Shown here piece after piece: positions 38,058-46,784 of a stretch of DNA of 64,000 nucleotides. The position numbers and the translations under genes were made by a program. Origin of the DNA: Planctomycetota bacterium (GTDB lineage Bacteria > Planctomycetota > UBA8108 > SXIK01); contig OZ244999.1 in the NCBI GenBank assembly GCA_965223265.1, positions 8,672,001 to 8,736,000 on the forward strand. Reading direction: 5' to 3'. How positions within the stretch are numbered: position 1 is the first letter of the stretch; each line of letters begins with the position of its first letter. The notes under the pieces are model-generated. The model saw nothing but the letters and a program-made list of their open reading frames with translations, had not been told where the DNA came from and searched no databases.

Positions 38058-39527
38058 ATGTACCGCAACACAGCAGAGTTTACGTCGCCAAGAATTCGTC
38101 ACGCCGTTGCAATTCTTGTTGCCGCGGTTCTCGTGTCGTTCTGTGGTTCCATCATCTTCACGACAGAAACCGAGACCCGCGTCGCTACTGAAGACTTTAG
38201 CCATGATCCAAATTGGGACGGCCGAAACCAAACACCCCCGGATTCACATCGGCGCACGATCGAGCAGGATTTTGGTTTCAGCTCGACGCGGCACGCAGGT
38301 GGCGAGGCGGGCGAAATCGGCGGCCGCGTCAGTCGCTCCGTGCGTCCTGCGACGTACGCCCGCTCGGTCTTCAATCGAACACTCAACGACCGGTTGTCCG
38401 CCTCGGGACGCTTTGCGGTGACGAAGAGCGAGGGAGGCAGTGGCGTCCTCATCGGTTGGTTTAACTTTGCCTCGCGCGGTTGGCGCACGCCGAACTCGCT
38501 AGTGTTTCGAATTGATGGTGAGGACGGTCACTTCCGCGTCTTTTTCGAGTACGGCACTAACAACTGGAAGACCGGCGGCGGGACGACGTTCGAGGGGCGC
38601 TATCAAACAACGTCGACTCCGATGTTCGTTGCCGACGGCACGCCGCATCGGTGGCGGCTCGACTACGATCCGCTCGGGGCAGAAGGCCGCGGCGAAATCA
38701 TTTTCACTCTCGACGATCATACCTACCGAGCGGCGTTGGCACCGGGACATAAAACTGACGGTGCGATTTTCAATCGCTTCGGCATCCTTAATCAGCAGAC
38801 TGTGGGCGAAGGAATGACCATCTACCTCGACGACGTCGTCATCGACGGCCGCCACTACGATTTTGCGAGCGACCCGAATTGGGAAGGCGTCGGCAACCGA
38901 GTCCGCTTCGATGGCGGCTTGACGCGCGCGATTCACGACTTCGGTTTTCGCGACAGCGCGCACGCCGGTGGCAAAGCCGGTGAGATCGGCGGCTTTGTGT
39001 GGAGGATTGAGAGCATGCTTCCCGAGCGGGCTTTCTTCTACGCGGCGCCAATTGAGGCACTGACATTGGACATTGGGCTCGTAGCGAGCGGGAGAATCTC
39101 GCTTCACAGCGCGGCGGCGGACAGCGCGGTTTTGATCGGGTGGTTCAACTCGCACACGGCGGCTGGTGCGCCACCGGCAAACTTCGTCGGCGTCTTGATC
39201 GAGGGGCCGAGCCGTATCGGGCACTACTTCCGCCCGGTGTACGCGACGTCTGAGGGCCAAGGCGTCGTGAAGCCGACCGGCCCGCTGATTCGTCCCGACG
39301 CTCGCAGTCGGACTTGGCACATTCACTATGATCCAACGGCTGCCGACGGACAAGGCGTCGTGCGTGTGACCCTCGAGGAAGAAACGGTAGAACTCGAGCT
39401 GGGGGCAGGGGCACGACAGGCGAACGCGGCGCTGAATCGTTTCGGCGTCGTCAGCTGGCATCGCGGGGGCCACCACGTCGAGTTATACCTCGACGATCTT
39501 AGCTTCACGGCGGCGCGGAAAAAGTGA
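38058..39527 (+). CDS. Hypothetical secreted protein with two tandem homologous beta-rich domains
   Basis: N-terminal hydrophobic segment; duplicated DPNW..DFGF..HAGG.AGEIGG..SG....IGWFN..NRFG..YLDD blocks. Confidence 0.75.
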   Translation: MYRNTAEFTSPRIRHAVAILVAAVLVSFCGSIIFTTETETRVATEDFSHDPNWDGRNQTPPDSHRRTIEQDFGFSSTRHAGGEAGEIGGRVSRSVRPATYARSVFNRTLNDRLSASGRFAVTKSEGGSGVLIGWFNFASRGWRTPNSLVFRIDGEDGHFRVFFEYGTNNWKTGGGTTFEGRYQTTSTPMFVADGTPHRWRLDYDPLGAEGRGEIIFTLDDHTYRAALAPGHKTDGAIFNRFGILNQQTVGEGMTIYLDDVVIDGRHYDFASDPNWEGVGNRVRFDGGLTRAIHDFGFRDSAHAGGKAGEIGGFVWRIESMLPERAFFYAAPIEALTLDIGLVASGRISLHSAAADSAVLIGWFNSHTAAGAPPANFVGVLIEGPSRIGHYFRPVYATSEGQGVVKPTGPLIRPDARSRTWHIHYDPTAADGQGVVRVTLEEETVELELGAGARQANAALNRFGVVSWHRGGHHVELYLDDLSFTAARKK

Positions 39528-39562
39528 CGGGGTCGACTCGAAATCACTCCCGGAGCGGCGAC

Positions 39563-40783
39563 TCAAGAGGAACGGTTCGGTCCGATCACATCCAGCAGCC
39601 AACGAAACTCGCGTGCGATGCCGCTCACGAGCTTCTCCTCGTTGCGTAGGATCGGCCACGTATACGTCTCGATCACCAGCTGGGACGTCGCTCGTCGCCG
39701 CAGGACATCGAGCACGGCGGCGCGCGTTTCGTCTTGAGTCGTCGCGAGTCGTTGCCATCGTTTCATGTAGAGCGGCACGTGATAGTGTGACCGTAGCTCG
39801 GCGACGTCGGGATGTTTCCCGCGCACCAAGCGGCGTGGCAAGCGATCGAGATCGAGGTCGCGCCACCGCACGTCGCCGCCGGCGTCCACACCGCAGAACT
39901 GATGGAAGTAGCGCGGCTCATGCATGCCACGGAAATCTTCGTAGGCTGCGGGGCTGCGGTAGGGGTTCTTGAGACGGATTGCGTTAGTCACATGCAGCTT
40001 ACCGACGGCGATGCCGGCCCCTCGCAGCCGCTTGAAACTGTCGATGAGATCCTCAAAGAGTACAGAGAAGTGGCACGTATCGACGTTGACCGTAAAAAAC
40101 TTCCGTAGTCGATTCTCGATCGCGCTCTTCGTCAGGCCGCCGCGGCGCCATTTCTCTTTGGCAGCTGGCCAGAGATAGTTCTCGAAGAAATCGATGACTT
40201 CGGCGGCAGTCTCAAGCGACGTCTCAGGCTCCGGCTCGACCGCAAGCACGACCGTTCTGCCTGTCTTGGCTTCGATCTGCGCCAACTTCTGGAGCGTCTT
40301 CAGATAGCCCGAAGCGATGCGACGGAACGTCCGCGGGTCGTGGCTGGTGCGGCGATAGACACCGGCGGAGGTGCTGACAGAACCGCTCAGGCCTGCCGGC
40401 AAGAGATCGGCGAGTATTTCCGCGATGCGGTTCGTCCATCTCGGACGATCGGTTTCGATCCAAGACGGTCGATAGACCTGCTCCTTGACGCGTCGTGCAT
40501 GAAAGTCGAGGAGAGGAAACGCGTTAATCGAAAAGATGTAGAGATTCTGCTCGCCAAGGAATTCCGCAAACTCGCGCCGCGCCCTGACGGCGGAGAGTTC
40601 CTTCGCCGTCCCAATGCCGAAGCGAAGCTCGAGTCCACCGCGCTGGCCGCGAAAAACCCGGTCACGCACCGGGATCGTAAAACGCGACAGGAATGCGTAC
40701 AGATCCTTCAACTTCTCGCCGCGATGCACGTTGGTGCTGTAGGCGAGATGGAGCGAGTCAGTTTTCTTGCGTGATGCGCTCAT
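39563..40783 (-). CDS. eboE: EboE-like metabolite traffic protein (TIM barrel)
   Basis: HLAYSTNVH, VKEQVYRPSW, EPEP, DTCH, RSHYHVPL, ETYTW motifs. Confidence 0.8.
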   Translation of the reverse strand: MSASRKKTDSLHLAYSTNVHRGEKLKDLYAFLSRFTIPVRDRVFRGQRGGLELRFGIGTAKELSAVRARREFAEFLGEQNLYIFSINAFPLLDFHARRVKEQVYRPSWIETDRPRWTNRIAEILADLLPAGLSGSVSTSAGVYRRTSHDPRTFRRIASGYLKTLQKLAQIEAKTGRTVVLAVEPEPETSLETAAEVIDFFENYLWPAAKEKWRRGGLTKSAIENRLRKFFTVNVDTCHFSVLFEDLIDSFKRLRGAGIAVGKLHVTNAIRLKNPYRSPAAYEDFRGMHEPRYFHQFCGVDAGGDVRWRDLDLDRLPRRLVRGKHPDVAELRSHYHVPLYMKRWQRLATTQDETRAAVLDVLRRRATSQLVIETYTWPILRNEEKLVSGIAREFRWLLDVIGPNRSS

Positions 40784-40956
40784 GTGCAGGTCTTCTCGTG
40801 ACCCCACATCTTAGCGCGTCTTCACTGCCGAGATCGAGGCCGATTCCACGCGGTATCGTGGCGGCCGCGTCGCCCTCATCCGTCGGAAGCGACTTTCATC
40901 GCGAGACGCTCGAAGAGTCCCGGTGGGACCTCTCCCGTGTTACAATACCGGACCTT

Positions 40957-41802
40957 ATGAATGCTGACGCCGACAGCGCCGAACGCACGCCGAGGGAAGG
41001 CCTCACTGTGGTCTTGGCGGTAAAAAACGAAGCCGATCAGATCCGCGGTGCCCTCGAGCAGCTCGAGTTTGCGGACGAGCGCGTCGTCGTCGACATGGGC
41101 AGCACCGATGGGACGCTGGAGATTTGTCAAAAAATTGCCGATAAGGTCATCGAGCACGACGGCGGCCCGCACGGCCTGATACACGTCAACAAGAACGTAG
41201 GGTTCCAGAATGCGACGCAGCCTTGGATCCTCAACCTGGACGCGGACGAACGTCTCAGCCTCGAGCTCAGAGAGGAGATTCTGGCGATGCTGTCCAGTCC
41301 GAATCCGGACGTCGCGGCCTACCGCTTACCGTTCACGCACTACTTCTTCGGCCGCTACCTGCGCCACGGGGGGTTTGACGGTGCGCTTGTCCGGCTCTTT
41401 CGCCGTGGACGGCTGCGTTACCCGGAAGATCGCGCCCACTCGGCTCCGGTCGTCGACGGCGCCATTGCTTCCATGGAGCACCTCGTGGTGCACTTCAACC
41501 ATCGCTCCATCGCACACTTTGTCGACAAAATGAACCTCTACACCTCTTCGGACGCGGCGCTCATGACGACCCACGGCCACGGTGGGCTGCGAAACCGTCC
41601 GGTCCCGTCGGCGCTTGGGCGCAAGCTGTTCACCGCGCCGCTTTCGGTGTTTTGGAACAGGTACGTCCGCCACCGCGGTTTTCGCGACGGCGTTCACGGT
41701 CTTGTGGTGGCGGTGCTCATGGCGTTCTACCAGTTCGTGGAGTACGTCAAAGTGTGGGAGCGACTTCACGCCAAGCCGGCGCCGCCTGAAGACTCTCGTT
41801 GA
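40957..41802 (+). CDS. Glycosyltransferase family 2 (WaaE-like)
   Basis: KNEA, VDMGSTDGT, LDADE, GFRDG. Confidence 0.88.
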   Translation: MNADADSAERTPREGLTVVLAVKNEADQIRGALEQLEFADERVVVDMGSTDGTLEICQKIADKVIEHDGGPHGLIHVNKNVGFQNATQPWILNLDADERLSLELREEILAMLSSPNPDVAAYRLPFTHYFFGRYLRHGGFDGALVRLFRRGRLRYPEDRAHSAPVVDGAIASMEHLVVHFNHRSIAHFVDKMNLYTSSDAALMTTHGHGGLRNRPVPSALGRKLFTAPLSVFWNRYVRHRGFRDGVHGLVVAVLMAFYQFVEYVKVWERLHAKPAPPEDSR

Positions 41803-41816
41803 GGCAACCAGTCTCC

Positions 41817-43865
41817 ATGTCAGACCCTACGCCGCAGACCGTTACCCCCGCTCCGGACGGCGCTTCGCCGACGCGGGCCGATGTGCCTGAATTCAGATCT
41901 GATTCCGTTTGGCAGTTCTACGGTGCAGTCGTCAAGCACTACTGGAAGCGGTTTTCTGGCATGATGTCGATGACCGTCGTGTACACCGGCATTGACAGCA
42001 TGCGTCTCCTTCTTGTGGGAACGCTTATCGCTGCGATTGAGATCAAGTCAGATCGGGAAGGCGGCTCGTCCAAGATTCTCGAAAAGGTCGAGTCCGCGTG
42101 GGCATTTCTTTCAGGGCAAACACTCGATCTGACTGGAAGACTCCGTTCTCAGGACGAAGAGTTCTTCTACAACTTCGTGGTCTCGATCGCGGTCGTGTTT
42201 GCGATCTCGGCGTGCCTTATGGCGGCCGCGTACTTCATCAAGGAGTACATAGCGCAGGCGATCACGATGCGGGCGACGGTCGATGTGCGCAAGGCGCTCT
42301 TCAACCACCTGACGCGGCAGTCCGTCTCGTACTTCAACCGGCAGCAGTCGGGCGACGTGATCTCGCGTCTGACGAACGACGTTGGACTCGTGCAGCTCAG
42401 TTTTCGCTTCTTCTTCGTTACTCTAATTCAAGAGCCGGTACGAGTCGTGGTTTTGCTGTCGGTGGCGGCCTGGGCGTCACCCGTCCTCTTTGTCATCACG
42501 GTCCCGTTCTATGTGCTGATCATGTGGCCACTGGTGCGTGCGTCGCGAAAGGTTCTCAGGCACGGCCGTGGTCGCCAAGAGAAGCTGGGGGTCGTTACCG
42601 AGGCGATCCAGCAGCTCTTTGGAGGGATTCGCATCGTCAAGGCGTTTGGCATGGAGGCGAGCGAACAGAGCAACTTCGCCGGCAAAAACAAGGAGTTGAT
42701 CCGCAGCAGTCTCCAAATGGTGCGTGCCAAGGCCAAAGGGCAGTCGATCCAGGAATTGCTCTACAACCTGGGAGTTGCGGCGTTTGTTTTTGGCGGTGTC
42801 TGGCTCTTTACCAAGAACGTGATCGATTTGGCGATTTTGTCGGTGTTTATCGGCGCGCTGATTCAAACTTACCGCCCCATCAAGGCGATGTCGCGCGCCT
42901 GGAACATACTGCAGGAGTCGCGCGCTGGCGTCGAGCGTGTCATAGAAGTCCTGCAGGAGCAGCCGGCCATTGTCGACGATCAGCACTTGCCTGAGTTTCC
43001 GGGTGTCGAAAACGAAATCTGTTTCGACCGCGTCTCGTTCTCGTATGAGCGCGAGTTGGCGGAAGAATCGCCAACGTTTCAGCGAGAAGTCTCAGGCGCC
43101 GAAGAATCGTCTCAAGAACGAGCCGGTGGGAAGAAAGCGGACGCGCAAGACGACGCTCGACTCCCCGCGGTGCGGAGTGTGTCTCTGCGCGTGCGACGTG
43201 GTGAAGTGGTTGCGATCGTCGGACCGAGCGGTGCCGGAAAGTCGACGCTTGTCGATCTATTGGCTCGCTTCTATGACCCACAGGATGGCGCGATCCTGGT
43301 CGATGGCGTCGACATTCGATCGTATCGACACAGCTCCTTTCTGCGTGGCATCGCCGTTGTCTCCCAAGATCCCTTTCTGTTCAACACCACGATTCTCGAG
43401 AACATCCGCTACGGCCGAGAAGATGCCGCAGAGGCCGAGGTCGTTGAAGCGGCGAAGGCGGCGCTTGCGCATGAATTCACGCTCGAGCAGCCTGACGGCT
43501 ACGAAACCGTCATCGGTGACCGAGGCGTGCGCCTTTCGGGTGGGCAGCGACAGCGGCTCACGATCGCGCGAGCGGTGCTCAAGAATGCGCCGATCCTGAT
43601 CCTCGACGAGGCGACGTCGTCTCTCGACACGCAGTCCGAGCGCGAGGTCCAGCGAGCGTTGAACAACCTCATGAAAAACCGAACCACGTTTGTCATCGCC
43701 CATCGCTTGTCGACGGTTGTACACGCCGACAAAATCGTCGTGCTCGAGGAAGGATCTCCGGTCGAGGTCGGCCGCCACGAGGAGCTCTTGGCACGGCGCG
43801 GACGCTATTTCCAGCTCTGGCAGTCGCAGTCACTCGAGCGCGAAGAGGACGGCTCGGCGGCGTAG
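41817..43865 (+). CDS. MsbA-like ABC exporter (TMD plus NBD)
   Basis: GPSGAGKST, LSGGQRQR, ILDEATS, IAHRLST; N-terminal TM domain. Confidence 0.9.
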   Translation: MSDPTPQTVTPAPDGASPTRADVPEFRSDSVWQFYGAVVKHYWKRFSGMMSMTVVYTGIDSMRLLLVGTLIAAIEIKSDREGGSSKILEKVESAWAFLSGQTLDLTGRLRSQDEEFFYNFVVSIAVVFAISACLMAAAYFIKEYIAQAITMRATVDVRKALFNHLTRQSVSYFNRQQSGDVISRLTNDVGLVQLSFRFFFVTLIQEPVRVVVLLSVAAWASPVLFVITVPFYVLIMWPLVRASRKVLRHGRGRQEKLGVVTEAIQQLFGGIRIVKAFGMEASEQSNFAGKNKELIRSSLQMVRAKAKGQSIQELLYNLGVAAFVFGGVWLFTKNVIDLAILSVFIGALIQTYRPIKAMSRAWNILQESRAGVERVIEVLQEQPAIVDDQHLPEFPGVENEICFDRVSFSYERELAEESPTFQREVSGAEESSQERAGGKKADAQDDARLPAVRSVSLRVRRGEVVAIVGPSGAGKSTLVDLLARFYDPQDGAILVDGVDIRSYRHSSFLRGIAVVSQDPFLFNTTILENIRYGREDAAEAEVVEAAKAALAHEFTLEQPDGYETVIGDRGVRLSGGQRQRLTIARAVLKNAPILILDEATSSLDTQSEREVQRALNNLMKNRTTFVIAHRLSTVVHADKIVVLEEGSPVEVGRHEELLARRGRYFQLWQSQSLEREEDGSAA

Positions 43866-44065
43866 GACGCTCTGACGCGCCTTCTCTGCGCGGCGATTGC
43901 CTCCGAATCACGATGCGTCCCTGCATCCGCTCCCCGTGTTTCGGCGTTGCCTCCACGACCGCTCAGTCCTCCAGCGCTCAGGTTGCGAGCGCCCCGGTCT
44001 GCTCTTATGCTCACGTTCGCCGACACACACTCAGTCGACGACCGCCGCAGCGAAAGGTCAGAGCA

Positions 44066-44680
44066 ATGACGCAGGCAGCTCAACGCCTCGAGCGTGTTGT
44101 GCGGTCTTACGAGAGCTCGCTAGTGCGCGTGATCTTTGTCGCCGTCGTGGAACTTTCCGAGGCAGACGGGCGCGGTGTGAGTGTCCGGCAGCTGAAGAAC
44201 TTTTTGCGGGGAAATGATCGCCCGCGGGTGAACGCGCCGGACCAGGTCCGCCCCGTGTTCGGTCTCCTCGCAGGCTTTGAGGATCGGCGCCTCAACGAGA
44301 TCATCGAACACCTTGCCGAGTGCGGCGAGCTTCAGTGTGTGCCTGGAGCAACGCAGCGCGTCGAGCTCGCTGCCAGCGCGCGACAGTTTTTAGGCCGCGG
44401 CCACGGGTGCTGGCGGGGGAAACTACCCTCTCGGCCGCGGCTCGGCGAATCTCCGGTGCTCGAGGCGTCGCTTTGGAAACTGCGAGACCGGCTCGCACGC
44501 CGCGAGGGCCGAGCGCCGTACAGCGTCTTTCCGAACCACGTCCTCGCGGCGGTCGCAACACGCCGGCCGAAGTCGATGGGTGAGCTCGCAAGCATCGACG
44601 GACTTGGGGAGGCGCGGCTGAGACGCTACGGACGGTCGATTCTGCGGGTGGTGCGAGCGCAGGCGCGGCAGACGACATGA
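44066..44680 (+). CDS. Stand-alone RQC-like winged helix plus HRDC domain protein
   Basis: FLRG..FGLL RQC-like segment; LRDRLARREGRAPYSVFPNHVL..RPKSMGELASIDGLGEARLRRYG HRDC. Confidence 0.75.
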   Translation: MTQAAQRLERVVRSYESSLVRVIFVAVVELSEADGRGVSVRQLKNFLRGNDRPRVNAPDQVRPVFGLLAGFEDRRLNEIIEHLAECGELQCVPGATQRVELAASARQFLGRGHGCWRGKLPSRPRLGESPVLEASLWKLRDRLARREGRAPYSVFPNHVLAAVATRRPKSMGELASIDGLGEARLRRYGRSILRVVRAQARQTT

Positions 44681-44761
44681 GGCGTGGTGGGTACAGGCAG
44701 AGTCGGAGGCGGATTGCAGAGATCAGATAGAGAGTCAGATACAGATGCAGAGTCAGACCCT

Positions 44762-44880
44762 ACAGTTGCATAAGTTTTCGCAGGAAGGGCTCAGAAACCC
44801 TTTCCCTGAGGTTCGATCGGCAGTTGAAGGACGTCGCGGCGGACTTCACGTTTGGTGAGGTTTGCCGGTGTGTCGTGTTC
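44762..44880. repeat. ~120-bp dispersed repeat, copy 1
   Basis: About 86% identical by manual alignment to 56817-56936. Confidence 0.85.
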
Positions 44881-44884
44881 CCCC

Positions 44885-45285
44885 TCGCCCACGCCCACGC
44901 AAACCCACACCCACACGCACACGCACACGCACACCCACAAGCACACGCACACGCACAAGCACACGCACACGCTCACACAAGACCGGACGGCACACGGGAG
45001 TGTGCCTGCTACTTTCAGCACACGCACACGCACACGCACACGCTCACACAAGACCGGACGGCACACGGGAGTGTGCCTGCTACTTTCAGCACACGCACAC
45101 GCACACGCTCACGCTCACACAAGACCGGACGGCACACGGGAGTGTGCCTGCTACTTTCAGCACACGCACACGCACACGCACACGCACACGCACACCCACA
45201 CACAAGACCGGACGGCACACGGGAGTGTGCCTGCTACTTTCAGCACACGCAAACGCAAACGCAAACGCACACCCACACCCACACG
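44885..45285 (-). repeat. Tandem array of four GTAG-REP units spaced by (CACACG)n
   Basis: Unit CAAGACCGGACGGCACACGGGAGTGTGCCTGCTACTTTCAG with cores at 44981, 45052, 45123, 45206; minus strand reads GTAG-CA-GGCACAC-TCCC-GTGTGCC. Confidence 0.92.
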
Positions 45286-45494
45286 CAATTGCGCACGGTC
45301 TTGAGGCGCGCCTCTTTTGCAACGTTGGGGTCAGGGTCAGATGCAGAGGCGGAGTCAGATGCAGATATCAGACACGGACACTCAGATGCGCATTGTAGAT
45401 TCGGATGCTAGACACAGCGGCTGACGTCGGAACTGGACCCCCGACGCTCACGCTCGTAAGACCGGAAGGCACGCGTGCCCGCTACGTTGAAGAG

Positions 45495-45563
45495 ACGCCC
45501 ACGCCGACGCCGACGCCCACGCAAACGCAAACGCAAACGCAAACGCAAACGCAAACGCAAACG
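45495..45563. repeat. (CCGACG)n-(CAAACG)n hexamer tract after a degenerate REP at 45460-45485
   Basis: Directly visible. Confidence 0.85.
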
Positions 45564-45587
45564 GGCTCGGCCGGCACGCTCTCCGCG

Positions 45588-46724
45588 CTACAGCCTCCGA
45601 GTGCGCAATAGATACAAGAGCGCGTGGTGCCGGCTCAGCCAATGGCGGAGCGGAAACACTACTGCGAACCCGCAGACGAAGCCCGCCACGTGGGAGGTCC
45701 AGCCGACGGACGTCTGCTCACCTGTGGGATCGGCGACGCTCCAGAATATCTGGACGACGAACCAGACTCCGAGCCAGATCGTCACCGGCACCTTGAGCTG
45801 CAGTACGACGAGCATGAAGGTCAACTTGGCGTTATGAAAGAGAATCAGGTACGCGGCCATGATCCCGGCGATGGCGCCGCTGGCGCCGATGAGTGGAACG
45901 TCCGTGCCGTAGTTCAGCGCGATGTGGGCCCCTGCAGACGCAACGCCGCAGAGCACGAAGAGGCCGAGGAATCCAAGCGAACCGAGGACGTCTTCGACGT
46001 TGTCTCCGACGACGTATAAGAAGTAAGCATTGCCGATGAGGTGGATCCAGTTGCCGTGCACGAAGAGGTAGCCGAGCAGCGTGATCATGCCGCGCGGCGA
46101 CTCGAACGCTTGCGGGCGGACGGCCAGGGCGTGAAACACTCCGAAACCGCCCAGGATATGGATGACCACACAAATGAGGACGAGGGTTAGGGTGATGATG
46201 GGAAAGCGCTTGGGTGGCACGTTGAACTCGACCGGCAGGCGCAGGAGAAACTGAAAAAACCACGCACCCCAGCTCGTTGGGCGCTCGGTTTTCTCGCGAT
46301 GCGCTTGCCATGTGCGGAGCGCTTCTAGATATTCCCATTCGCGGAAGTCAAACCAGACGCCGGCGCAGCGATCGCACTGGTCGATTTCGAGATGTTCCAC
46401 AGCGTCGACGCGGAGCAGCGTCAGCGGCACGTCGCAGCGCGGACAACGGATTTCGCTGGGACCCTTTGAGACAATGTCCGGCGCCCGCTCCAGAAATGGA
46501 CCGACCGCCGGTGGGTCACCGAGTCGCTCTGTGTTCCAGGTCCACGGTTCGCACCACAGGCCTCGGCAGCGTGTGCAGATCTGGAGCGGTGAACCTTCGT
46601 GGTCGCATTCATCAAGTCGATTTGACGCGCAGCGGGGACAGGGAAGCGAACGCGTGTGCCGTCGTCTTCGACTCAGGGTAGTGTCGGTCTGGCCCACCTG
46701 CTCGCTCTTCCTGGCTGCTGGCAT
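45588..46724 (-). CDS. Rhomboid intramembrane serine protease with two N-terminal zinc-ribbon (zf-TFIIB-like) domains
   Basis: CPRC..CTRC and CPRC..CDRC.GVWFD; HLIGN, GASG, HVAGF. Confidence 0.88.
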   Translation of the reverse strand: MPAARKSEQVGQTDTTLSRRRRHTRSLPCPRCASNRLDECDHEGSPLQICTRCRGLWCEPWTWNTERLGDPPAVGPFLERAPDIVSKGPSEIRCPRCDVPLTLLRVDAVEHLEIDQCDRCAGVWFDFREWEYLEALRTWQAHREKTERPTSWGAWFFQFLLRLPVEFNVPPKRFPIITLTLVLICVVIHILGGFGVFHALAVRPQAFESPRGMITLLGYLFVHGNWIHLIGNAYFLYVVGDNVEDVLGSLGFLGLFVLCGVASAGAHIALNYGTDVPLIGASGAIAGIMAAYLILFHNAKLTFMLVVLQLKVPVTIWLGVWFVVQIFWSVADPTGEQTSVGWTSHVAGFVCGFAVVFPLRHWLSRHHALLYLLRTRRL

Positions 46725-46784
46725 AGATTCACGTCGTCGCCATTATGGATCGAGTCGCACGAAAACGCTACGACACGCCGGCGG

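Noticed and set aside
44974-45250. CRISPR array
   Set aside because: Spacers are microsatellite rather than unique, the repeat has a GTAG-REP signature and occurs singly or inverted elsewhere, and no cas genes are present
44791-45837. His/Thr/Arg-rich ORFs across the repeat locus
   Set aside because: Repeat-derived, open in multiple frames, no coding signature
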